Positions 9,227-17,627 of a stretch of 32,558 nt of DNA are shown piece by piece. A program made the position numbers and the translations under genes. The notes under the pieces were generated by a model. That model saw only the letters and a program-made list of their open reading frames with translations, was not told the DNA's origin and searched no databases. Position 1 is the first letter of the stretch. Each line of letters begins with the position of its first letter. Origin of the DNA: a virus (Duplodnaviria > Caudoviricetes); the IMG/VR virus record IMGVR_UViG_3300028293_000018, positions 1 through 32,558 of that record. One strand, written 5' to 3'.

Positions 9227-10214
9227 GGAGTTCCCCATTTTCTATTTATCCGGACGTTTCGGAACCGATGACAAAATCGAAGCAGAGTGGGTACGAAGAA
9301 CTGGATGCAAATATCGTTGCTACAGTTACGTATATGTTGCCCCTGGGGCCTTCTATCACAGGCCAAGGATGGAGAGTGCCTACCGGGCATCGGTCGAACA
9401 TAAGTGTAGAATCGCGATGGACTCGGGAGCGTTCTCGTTCCATAAGTTTGTTTCTGGTGGTGTAGGCGCAACGTCTGGGCGCATGATGGCGAAAGCAAAC
9501 GCCATGCGCAAGCTAGAAAATGTCGAAGCCTTCCGCCAGAAGACCATCGAAGATTATGTGGAGTTCATCAAGCAAGAGCGAAAGAACTGGGACTTCTATT
9601 TCACATTCGATTACGTCAAGCACGCTCCAACCGTCTATAAGATTACCAGCGAGTTGATGAAGCAAGGCGTGATGCCTACTCCTGTGTTTCACGGAGATGA
9701 GGGGCTTGATTGGCTCAAGCGGTACATCGATGATGGTCACAAGCTGATCGGTATCGGTTCTGCGGACAAAGCAAGACGGACGTGGAAAGAGAAACGATAC
9801 TATTTCGATCAGGTCTTTAACATGACCGAGAAGCACGGCGTTATTTGTCATGGGCTGGCGATCACCAGCCTTTCGCTGACATTCAGCTATCCCTGGTACA
9901 GTGTCGATTCAAGCACCTGGGCGCGAATCTCCGGCTTTGGGCACATCATCATGGTCGATCCCTTTACTCGGACAGCCGGACAGGTGCATGTTAGCACGCG
10001 AGAGAGTAAAGGGAATCTGAAGTCGTTCAATCGCATGCCAAAGCATGTGCAGAAAGAAATCCGTCGCCAGGTCGAGTCTCATGGATTCGATTTTGACAAG
10101 GTGCGACGAAGTCTCGATGAGCGGTCAACATACAACGGGTGGATGTTCGCGAACCTAGCGAAACTCGACCTGAGAAAAGGCGAAGACAAGATAACATGGG
10201 AGAGACTCCTGTAG
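9174..10214 (+). CDS. dpdA: tRNA-guanine transglycosylase-like base-exchange enzyme (DpdA-like)
   Basis: TGT-barrel motifs MDSGAFSF, FTFD, PVFHG, IGIG, CHGLA, YSVDSSTW; directly upstream of folE and a QueD-family gene. Start uncertain (9159-9210). Confidence 0.8.
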   Translation: MTNENESKVNRKVGLKREEFPIFYLSGRFGTDDKIEAEWVRRTGCKYRCYSYVYVAPGAFYHRPRMESAYRASVEHKCRIAMDSGAFSFHKFVSGGVGATSGRMMAKANAMRKLENVEAFRQKTIEDYVEFIKQERKNWDFYFTFDYVKHAPTVYKITSELMKQGVMPTPVFHGDEGLDWLKRYIDDGHKLIGIGSADKARRTWKEKRYYFDQVFNMTEKHGVICHGLAITSLSLTFSYPWYSVDSSTWARISGFGHIIMVDPFTRTAGQVHVSTRESKGNLKSFNRMPKHVQKEIRRQVESHGFDFDKVRRSLDERSTYNGWMFANLAKLDLRKGEDKITWERLL

Positions 10215-10792
10215 TTCTTTGGCAACAGCAGATGTTTGACGCCGTTACAGCAATGTTGAGTGATCCTGGAATTGCTGCATCGATTTCATTAGATCATCGG
10301 CGAGACACACCTTCTCGTGTGGTGAAAGCGTTTGAAGAGTATTTCTCAGGCGTGAATCAGAACCCGGGTAATGTTCTGTCTAAGGGCTTCGAAGAGGGTG
10401 AATATGACGAGATGGTGTTTGTGAAGAACATCTCGTTTGTAAGTTTCTGCGCACATCATCTGGCACCGTTCATCGGCAAGATACATTTTGCCTATTTGCC
10501 AAAAGGTAAGATCGTTGGGCTGTCGAAAATTCCCCGCATGATTGAAATCCTCACTCACCGTCCCCAGGTGCAAGAGAAATTGTCCAGAGAAATCTGCGAC
10601 GTGTTTCAAAACTATGTTGACCCGCTGGGCTGCGGCGTTGTCATTGAGGCGTTGCATCTGTGTATGACGATTCGTGGTGCAAGAAAAGATGGTGCGATCA
10701 CACGCACTACATGTTTGCGTGGGGAGTTCAAGAAAGACAAAGTGAAGTCTGAATTTCTGGATGGAATCAGAGGAGAGAAGGGGTGGCTATGA
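10196..10792 (+). CDS. folE: GTP cyclohydrolase I
   Basis: TPSRV, DEMVFVKNI, SFCAHHLAPFIG, GLSKIPR, QVQE, HLCMTIRG. Confidence 0.96.
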   Translation: MGETPVVLWQQQMFDAVTAMLSDPGIAASISLDHRRDTPSRVVKAFEEYFSGVNQNPGNVLSKGFEEGEYDEMVFVKNISFVSFCAHHLAPFIGKIHFAYLPKGKIVGLSKIPRMIEILTHRPQVQEKLSREICDVFQNYVDPLGCGVVIEALHLCMTIRGARKDGAITRTTCLRGEFKKDKVKSEFLDGIRGEKGWL

Positions 10793-11145
10793 CAATTGTG
10801 ATTTGTGTGTATGCAAGAACGAGGTTTGTGGCGTTTCATCAGTGGAAGGATGCACCAGAAGACGCAAAGTACCTGCAGTCGTCACATCGGCATGAATTTC
10901 ATGTTGAAGCGGCCGTGCTTGTAACTAAGAGTGATCGAGAAGTTGAGTTCCATCACTTGAAACGTGATCTTGATTTGGCAATCAAGGAAGAGTATCGATC
11001 AAACAGCGTTGACAAACCAATCGAAGCATCGTGTGAACGAATTGCGATGACTATTGCCACGATGTTGCGAGAAAATGACTACGATGTGAAATATGTAGAT
11101 GTGTCAGAAGACGGTGAGTGTGGAGGGCGTGTTGAGTACAACTGA
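10789..11145 (+). CDS. Atypical QueD/PTPS-family T-fold protein (DpdL-like)
   Basis: FVAFHQW, LQSSHRHEF (LxxxHRHxF in place of the QueD CxxxHGH), SCERIA, VSEDGE; ATGA-coupled to folE. Confidence 0.8.
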   Translation: MTIVICVYARTRFVAFHQWKDAPEDAKYLQSSHRHEFHVEAAVLVTKSDREVEFHHLKRDLDLAIKEEYRSNSVDKPIEASCERIAMTIATMLRENDYDVKYVDVSEDGECGGRVEYN

Positions 11146-12259
11146 ATGGACAGTAGACCCGGAAAAGTTGATTGACGTTTTTGGTGTTCTCGATCTGGTA
11201 CCGGCACGACCTGGCATCCCGACCTCGGTCTTCATTCAGTTGTCGGAGAAAAAAGGCCGTGCTGATTTGATGCTGTCGTCTGATGTTACGGGCGTAGTCA
11301 GTATTAAAGGGGAAGGGTCGATTGGTGCCAGCAAACCTGTCTACCTTGATCGTCGCTTGCTCTTTCCGTTCATCCTCACGGCGCAGAACTATAGATCCGA
11401 TCGGCCGTTTGTATTCTCGAAGGTAGGCAAACAGATCAAGGTGACGCAGGGACGGCGGAAGGCAACATTTGATCTCTTACCCAGTAACGCTGGGTATGGA
11501 ATCCCGAATGATGGAAAAGGGTCAGTGCTGCCGATGGAGAAAAAAGTCTCTTCATTGGTTACCATTGCTTGCGCCTGCGCGACGTCAGACCCAACTGTCC
11601 CAGAATTGAACTGTGTATACATCAAGCGGACGAAAAAGGGGATTGCACTGTATGCGTCAAATCAGTTGGTCGTGTTTCGAGCCCATCACACGGTGAAGGG
11701 AACATTCCCTAAGACTTTGCCGTTCCCGCTGTTTCTAGTTCCCGTGCTCACAAACGATCGAATCAAAGAGGTTCGGTTGCAGGAAAAAGACGTAACATTG
11801 GGATTCGATTGCGGAAGAATCTGGCAAGGGGTGTCGGCAAAGGCGTTGAAAGGGTTCCCGCTCGAAACGATGGATGGTTTGATTGATGATGGCAAGAAAT
11901 GGACAGAGCAGTTTCGATTGTTAACGCACAAGCTTGGCGCTGTTACGGCTCGCTTTTCTGAATATCTGACCTCTATTCGACGGCAAGATTGGCTGTTGAC
12001 AGTTGCCGCAGCAAAAGGAGATAAACAAGTTCTGCTAGAGGTGAAGATTCCCCAGGGCATTTTCAGAGAGTACGTGTCGATTGCAGAGCCTGCGAAAGAA
12101 GACATTCAAATTGGGTGGCCGCTGGAAATCCTGTTGCCAATCTTCGACTATCTTGCGAAGAACAAAGAAGCGGTGTTGTCTGTTCGCTTCGACAAGAAAA
12201 CTCCGTACTACATTTCAGCTGGTGGTGTGTCTGTTGTGGTAACAAAGAAAAAGAAGTGA
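11132..12259 (+). CDS. DNA sliding clamp (DnaN/beta-like)
   Basis: About 375 aa. The segment ACATSDPTVPELNCVYI...LYASNQLVVF resembles the beta-clamp domain II pattern. TTG start after GGAGG; a clamp loader is encoded nearby. Confidence 0.7.
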   Translation: MSTTEWTVDPEKLIDVFGVLDLVPARPGIPTSVFIQLSEKKGRADLMLSSDVTGVVSIKGEGSIGASKPVYLDRRLLFPFILTAQNYRSDRPFVFSKVGKQIKVTQGRRKATFDLLPSNAGYGIPNDGKGSVLPMEKKVSSLVTIACACATSDPTVPELNCVYIKRTKKGIALYASNQLVVFRAHHTVKGTFPKTLPFPLFLVPVLTNDRIKEVRLQEKDVTLGFDCGRIWQGVSAKALKGFPLETMDGLIDDGKKWTEQFRLLTHKLGAVTARFSEYLTSIRRQDWLLTVAAAKGDKQVLLEVKIPQGIFREYVSIAEPAKEDIQIGWPLEILLPIFDYLAKNKEAVLSVRFDKKTPYYISAGGVSVVVTKKKK

Positions 12260-12312
12260 GAGGGGATGTCCCTAGGGCCAAGTAAAATCTAAAAAGAAAA
12301 GGAACATTGACG

Positions 12313-12645
12313 ATGAAACGAATACTATATCGGGTATTTCTGATTCTGTTGATGGTTGCTGGGGTGCATTTGGCTGGCAAGATCACCAAAGCTATCGCGT
12401 GCGCAAGTTGCAACCAGAGGGTGGTGCGTTCTTGTGCATCGGGCCTTTGTGCATGGACAAACAGGCTCGGCTGTTTCAACCCCAAGCCTATTTGTTACGA
12501 AACTCAATGCGTCATTAACAACTTCCCCTATACGACGCAGACAGCTTCCATTTGTGCGGCGAACACTCCTAATTTGTGTTTCGCTACTGGTGGGGTCCCT
12601 GGGCTGGATTTGCAGTGCTTAGGTCCTAAGCCTATAGGCTGCTAA
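12313..12645 (+). CDS. Secreted or membrane-anchored Cys-rich small protein
   Basis: Basic-then-hydrophobic N-terminus MKRILYRVFLILLMVAGV; 11 Cys in the last ~83 residues; ends in Cys. Confidence 0.7.
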   Translation: MKRILYRVFLILLMVAGVHLAGKITKAIACASCNQRVVRSCASGLCAWTNRLGCFNPKPICYETQCVINNFPYTTQTASICAANTPNLCFATGGVPGLDLQCLGPKPIGC

Positions 12646-12657
12646 AGGAGAAAAGCC

Positions 12658-13386
12658 ATGACCAGAATCACTAAAGCCATACTCATAGCGGGCTCTTTAG
12701 GAATGCTTATCAGCATCGGAGTTGCTCTGCGAAGTGTGCGGGCGCAGATAACTGAAACACTTCCATTTACGGCGGATGTAACGATTACGTCTGTTGCAGG
12801 TGCTGGACACGGATCGTTCATTCCCAGCATGCCCAACAACACCTTGCCGGTATCGGACGTACGTCATTTCGCTTACAACTCTTTGGGCGACATGGCGACT
12901 TCCTACAACATGCCAGGTAGCGGCAAGCCGGTGAGGACGATTTCTTATCACGATGGCCGCTGGGTGCTCATTGATATGCAATCGAAAGTCACGGTCCACC
13001 TGCAAACCAAGCATCGAGACAACACTTTCCAAAATCCTCCGACGCTTGGGCCGATGTGCACAGGCGGGACGCCGGACGGGCAAGTCAGCGGTTATGATGT
13101 GCTCTATACCGAATACCCAACGTTAGTGTCTGGTAGCACGGAGAAAATCACTAACAAGCTGTGGACTGCCCCTAAGCTGGGCTGCTTCACGTTAAAGACA
13201 GAGCAGATCGACATACACGAGGGGCAGTTGATGTACGACATTACTACCCTCGTTCACAATATCAAGGTTGGCGAGCCAGACGGGGCTTACTTTGAAACTG
13301 AATCTAGTGCCAACTACACCGAAGTTACTCACGAGCACTGGGTAGAACTTACCGCCGAAATATACGCAGCAATCACAGGTCAGTAA
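12658..13386 (+). CDS. Secreted protein with signal peptide (beta-rich)
   Basis: RBS AAGGAG; signal-like N-terminus ending in VRA|Q; two Cys (MC, GC); Thr-rich. Confidence 0.8.
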   Translation: MTRITKAILIAGSLGMLISIGVALRSVRAQITETLPFTADVTITSVAGAGHGSFIPSMPNNTLPVSDVRHFAYNSLGDMATSYNMPGSGKPVRTISYHDGRWVLIDMQSKVTVHLQTKHRDNTFQNPPTLGPMCTGGTPDGQVSGYDVLYTEYPTLVSGSTEKITNKLWTAPKLGCFTLKTEQIDIHEGQLMYDITTLVHNIKVGEPDGAYFETESSANYTEVTHEHWVELTAEIYAAITGQ

Positions 13387-13389
13387 AAC

Positions 13390-13432
13390 GGAGACGACCA
13401 GGTCTGGGCGGTGTCGCAGCATCGCCCTCTCC
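13390..13432 (+). other. Intergenic stem-loop
   Basis: GGGCGGTG/CATCGCCC stem (13406-13427, one G-U pair) enclosed by GGAGA/TCTCC; no U-tract follows. Confidence 0.5.
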
Positions 13433-13446
13433 CCAAGGAGAAAGCC

Positions 13447-13584
13447 ATGACCCCAACCGACAAGCCCCTGCGAGACGCCATTCGTCACGCTTTAACGCAG
13501 ATGTCTCACGAGAGAAAGGGAGACTGCAATTCTTCCTGCTACGACACTTGCCCTAAATGCATTCTTGAAAGAGCTATCCGATGA
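13447..13584 (+). CDS. 45-aa Cys-rich protein (not in the ORF track)
   Basis: RBS AAGGAG. Reads MTPTDKPLRDAIRHALTQMSHERKGDCNSSCYDTCPKCILERAIR. ATGA overlap with the next gene. Confidence 0.7.
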   Translation: MTPTDKPLRDAIRHALTQMSHERKGDCNSSCYDTCPKCILERAIR

Positions 13585-14324
13585 CCGACAAGCCATCGCA
13601 AAAGACGCAGCAATGGTTGGCGAGTATTACGCCACGTCCTGAGATTATCGCAGTCTCTGGCACTGTGTGGGGCGTTAGGCACAACGGAGCAATGGTCTGT
13701 GCTCCAACTATTGACGAAGCCGTGAACGCGTTGCAGGCCGCGCAGCAACCCGAGCCATCGCAAGGGACGCCCCCGCTACAAGTTGGCGACGAGGTGTATA
13801 TCTATCGCGGAGTCATTGATAGTTTCGCTTGGGATGGGCAAGCGAATGTGCGTCTTCACAATACCCTACAATCATTCCCAGTTAAGGAATTGACCTTGGT
13901 AGCCGCGCAGCAACCCACGGCCAGCGAGCCGCCCGACTCGATACAGCAACTCCCACATCATCCTGACGACTGCCGCGACCCGAAGGGGCATTGCATCCTT
14001 GACAGCGCGAGTCAGCCGCGACGTAGGCCAGCGCCCAGCGAGCATGGTAGACCTACTGGTCACACAGAGGAGATAGTTCAATTAAATGATACGCAGTGGG
14101 AGTACGTGTGTTCCTGTGGCTGGCGCGGTGGACAATTGTTCGATCACTGGAAAGATGTTCGCAAGGCAGCGCAGCAACCCACGACCAGCGAGCAGGAGAT
14201 GGGTGGGCTTAGGGAAGCAGCGGAATGGATGAAGGCACAAAGTCAGCGCACGGACATTGGCCCATCAAGGCGAGAAGCATTTGAGTTATCGTGGCGCAAG
14301 CTGGAGGCCGCACTAAATGAGTGA
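13581..14324 (+). CDS. Modular hypothetical protein with repeated AAQQP linkers
   Basis: AAQQPEPS, AAQQPTASE and AAQQPTTSE separate dissimilar short segments, including H..C-x-CGW..HW. Confidence 0.75.
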   Translation: MTDKPSQKTQQWLASITPRPEIIAVSGTVWGVRHNGAMVCAPTIDEAVNALQAAQQPEPSQGTPPLQVGDEVYIYRGVIDSFAWDGQANVRLHNTLQSFPVKELTLVAAQQPTASEPPDSIQQLPHHPDDCRDPKGHCILDSASQPRRRPAPSEHGRPTGHTEEIVQLNDTQWEYVCSCGWRGGQLFDHWKDVRKAAQQPTTSEQEMGGLREAAEWMKAQSQRTDIGPSRREAFELSWRKLEAALNE

Positions 14325-14577
14325 CGAGTCGAAAAAATACACGCTTATTTCTGTGCTTGCTTGGTTAGTTCTGTTTGTTGTTGTCGCTGTTGCTGGATAC
14401 ACCAAGTGGCGAGAATACCATTTGAAAAAGATTACGCCGATACCGATGAGAGTTCCTATTCAAGATCGGGACGGCAACACAGTCGGCTACAGCTATGATT
14501 GTGGCCCTGGGTGGGTAGCTGTTCCAAGCTACGAGGTATACTGCGTTCTTGACCCCAACGCTAAGGGAAACAATTGA
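14317..14577 (+). CDS. Small membrane protein
   Basis: One TM helix, two C-terminal Cys, GGAGG RBS. Confidence 0.7.
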   Translation: MSDESKKYTLISVLAWLVLFVVVAVAGYTKWREYHLKKITPIPMRVPIQDRDGNTVGYSYDCGPGWVAVPSYEVYCVLDPNAKGNN

Positions 14578-17309
14578 GTCCTCAGTACACTAATCTCCTC
14601 TGGCCTGAAGCCGCACCGATTACCCCAGGAAAAAAACCAGCACCTGCAATGCATCGTCGTGGGTGTGCGTTTTGTCCACGTAACGGTGCTGAAGGCATTC
14701 GCAAGATCAAAGGGCATGTGAGGGGCAAGCTACTATTTGCCTGGGCGCAGTCTCCCGGGCCGACTGAAAATGAAGTCGGGAAAGAACTGGTTGGGAAAGC
14801 AGGCAAATGGTTTTGGAAAGAAATGGCAGCGGTTGGGCTCACACGAGACGACTGTGACATTCAGAATATGGTTCGATGCTATCCAGCCGATGAGGTTCAT
14901 GGGCGACTGGTTATGCGCGACCCAACGAAAGAAGAAATCTTCTGTTGTTCACTGTACACAGACCAGGCAATTGTCAAAAGCCGGGCTAAGGTACACATCG
15001 TTCTAGGACAGATTGCAGCAAAGCAGTTGTTTGGGAAAAGCTTCAAGCGGGATAGTATGGTGTTCTGGTCAGATAAGTTGAATGGTCGAGTGGTGGTGCT
15101 CGATCATCCATCCTACCTGATGCGGGCCTATGTACCAGAGCATCGGCGCAAGCAATTTCGGTACGGCTTGAAAGCAGTTGTGCGAATGCTGGCAGAGCCA
15201 GCTGGGCGGTTTGGTTTTCTCAGAGCAAAGAACTACGAAGGTGTTACAACTGTCAAACATGCCAGAGACATGAAACGACAGATCCTGGCCGCAGCGGCTA
15301 AAGGCGAACGGATTGCCGCAGATATTGAAGAGGGTTGGGTCAATGGTGAATGGAAGGCACTGTGCTATGGTTTCGCATTCAAGAAAAACCATGCCTGGAC
15401 GGTAGCACTCGATCATCCGCTGGTCGATGTTAAGCAGAGAGTCAGACGAAAACTGAAGCGGATTGTTCGCTCGATTCTTTCGAACCCGAATGTTAAAAAG
15501 GTTTGTCATCATGGTTCGCACGATCAGCCCGAAAGCGAAAAACTTCTAGGCGGTCGATTCCGATCGTACGATTTTGACACGAACTATTCTGAATACTTCA
15601 AATGGCCCGGGCGCCGATCATACGCCTTAGCAGAGATTACCAAAGTCCGCTTCCCTGAGTTCTCTGGCTACAAAGAAGTCATAATGCCAGAGGCTGCACC
15701 AGAGGGATGGACATATCAGAAAGCATCGAAAGCTGGCAAGCTGAATTTTGCCAAGATACCGTGGAAGAAACTCGTTCTCTATAATGGTGCTGACTGCGAT
15801 CTCACTAAGCGCATTGAGAAATCCACTCAAGATGTAGCGTTGCCACTCTTGAAGGTGTATCAGGACGCTGCCTTCACACTGGATTGGATGGAAAAGAATG
15901 GGCCGTACTTTGACTACAAGCAGTGTGAAGCGTTAGCTAAAATCTATCCGTTTCGAATCAAGAAAAAGGCCCAGCAGCTACAAGTTCTCGCCGGTGACCC
16001 CCACTTCAAGCCAGGCTCTCCGCAAGATGTTGCGCGCATTATCTATGATGTTCTCGATCTTGAACCTATCAATAAAGGAAATCGGAGTACAGCAAAGAAC
16101 ATTCTTGAGTTGCTGTCAACTCAGCACCCGCTGCCTAAGTTGCAGATCGAGTATCGGAAAGACGTAAAGCTTGACTCAACCTATCGCAAGGGATTCAAGA
16201 AGTGTGCAGACGAACACAAGGGCAGACTGTTTACCAAGTGGTGGCTGACGGGCACAAAGACTGGGCGAATTTCATCAGGTGGCAGCAAAGACGGGGAAGA
16301 GATAACCACAGTTAATCTCCAGAACATACACGGCGACCCGCAAGTGCAGAACATGCTGGTCTCTGATCGTCAATGGCGTGACATCTACAACAAGTGGAAA
16401 GAGGATGGGGAGTACGATCCGAAATGGTATCGAGAGTTCTGGGATAGGCAGATTTATCTAGCGTTGGACTATTCACAGAACGAACTGCGGTTCTTTGCGC
16501 AGTCGTCTGGTGATGAGGCTTTGATTGAACAGTTCAATCAGGATGAGGATATTCACTGTCTGGTTGGTAACGAGATCACGGGTTGGTCGGTTGAGGTCAT
16601 TGCCAAAGACAAGCAGAAACGAAAGCTGATTAAAAACTTTCATTTCGGTCTGCTCTATGGTTTGACAGAAGACGGCATGCTCAACTACCTCAAGGTGAAT
16701 GGCATCAAGTCATCGAAGAGTGAAGTGCATGACATGATGACGCGTTACTTCAAGAAGTACAAGCGGGTGAAAGAGTTCATTCGGGCGAAGCATGAGGAGG
16801 CGCGTAGGTTTGGGTATGTGACAAATATTCTTGGCTTCAAGTGCCCGATTCATGTGCCTGAGGATGAAGATGAAAGAACCGGTGGCGCATTCTGGGCGAA
16901 TCAGGCCGTGAACACGCCGATTCAGGGTGGTGCACATCAACTGTTGCTAATGGCGCTTGCATCGTTGAAGCGGAAACGAAAAACCTATGCACTGATTCGA
17001 ACGCCGAATATGGAAATCCACGATTCAATCGTATGCAGTGTGGCTTTGCGTGATCTTCGCGAAGCAACCAAGCAAGCTGTTTATTTGCTAGAGCAAGAGG
17101 TGCTGAATGTTCTGCGCAACGACTTTGGGTTGAAGTGGAAGATTCCGTTGAAGGCTGAACCAAAGGTCGGATTCCGATTCGGCGTGACGGTTGACTATAC
17201 ACCAGAAAGCAAGATCGGGCCAACGCTGGTTGAATGGTGCAAGGCTAATAAGAAATCGAACATTGCTTTGCAGAAAGAGTTGCAAGCAGCAGAGAAATTG
17301 GCGGCATAA
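14574..17309 (+). CDS. Family A DNA polymerase with an N-terminal uracil-DNA-glycosylase-like domain and 3'-5' exonuclease
   Basis: UDG family-4-like CAFCP, AQSPG..E..VGKAG, NMVRCYP, HPSY. Exonuclease DIE, HHGSHD, YNGAD. Polymerase TGRISS, NLQNI, motif A DYSQNELR, motif B RKLIKNFHFGLLYG, NTPIQG, motif C IHDS. Confidence 0.95.
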   Translation: MSPQYTNLLWPEAAPITPGKKPAPAMHRRGCAFCPRNGAEGIRKIKGHVRGKLLFAWAQSPGPTENEVGKELVGKAGKWFWKEMAAVGLTRDDCDIQNMVRCYPADEVHGRLVMRDPTKEEIFCCSLYTDQAIVKSRAKVHIVLGQIAAKQLFGKSFKRDSMVFWSDKLNGRVVVLDHPSYLMRAYVPEHRRKQFRYGLKAVVRMLAEPAGRFGFLRAKNYEGVTTVKHARDMKRQILAAAAKGERIAADIEEGWVNGEWKALCYGFAFKKNHAWTVALDHPLVDVKQRVRRKLKRIVRSILSNPNVKKVCHHGSHDQPESEKLLGGRFRSYDFDTNYSEYFKWPGRRSYALAEITKVRFPEFSGYKEVIMPEAAPEGWTYQKASKAGKLNFAKIPWKKLVLYNGADCDLTKRIEKSTQDVALPLLKVYQDAAFTLDWMEKNGPYFDYKQCEALAKIYPFRIKKKAQQLQVLAGDPHFKPGSPQDVARIIYDVLDLEPINKGNRSTAKNILELLSTQHPLPKLQIEYRKDVKLDSTYRKGFKKCADEHKGRLFTKWWLTGTKTGRISSGGSKDGEEITTVNLQNIHGDPQVQNMLVSDRQWRDIYNKWKEDGEYDPKWYREFWDRQIYLALDYSQNELRFFAQSSGDEALIEQFNQDEDIHCLVGNEITGWSVEVIAKDKQKRKLIKNFHFGLLYGLTEDGMLNYLKVNGIKSSKSEVHDMMTRYFKKYKRVKEFIRAKHEEARRFGYVTNILGFKCPIHVPEDEDERTGGAFWANQAVNTPIQGGAHQLLLMALASLKRKRKTYALIRTPNMEIHDSIVCSVALRDLREATKQAVYLLEQEVLNVLRNDFGLKWKIPLKAEPKVGFRFGVTVDYTPESKIGPTLVEWCKANKKSNIALQKELQAAEKLAA

Positions 17310-17342
17310 GAATTTTAGGTGCACGACCTATAAAATGTATGT

Positions 17343-17627
17343 ATGCGACAAAGGTATGCGCAAGCAAGGCTTTCGTACCCGATGTGTGATTGTGCAGACT
17401 GCACCCCGAATTATCTCGGCTCGGTGCTCACCATCGACTACACCAAAATGAACTCGTGGGAAATTGTGTGTAACGGTTGTAGTAAGGAAATGGGTCGCGT
17501 GCTATGTGTTTGGGCTGTAGGCAACGGTAGTGAAGGATTAGTGCCACTCAAGATGTTGGACATAGATGAGGGTCCATACGATGAATCGAATGGAAGAACT
17601 GCTCTCGCAGCCAGTCAATCTAGATGA
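17343..17627 (+). CDS. Small zinc-ribbon-like protein
   Basis: CDCADC and CNGC motifs; fills the gap after pol; start uncertain. Confidence 0.55.
   Translation: MRQRYAQARLSYPMCDCADCTPNYLGSVLTIDYTKMNSWEIVCNGCSKEMGRVLCVWAVGNGSEGLVPLKMLDIDEGPYDESNGRTALAASQSR

Larger units (their letters stand above)
12645..13452 (+). repeat. Direct repeat of a translation-initiation region
   Basis: AAGGAGAAAAGCCATGACC (12645-12663) and AAGGAGAAAGCCATGACC (13435-13452) flank the 12658 gene. Confidence 0.75.

Noticed and set aside
10196-11145. FolE/QueD as auxiliary folate or tRNA-queuosine metabolism genes
   Set aside because: Adjacency to a zinc-less DpdA-like gene inside the replication module, and the absence of other folate genes, favour DNA modification. 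Not formally excluded.
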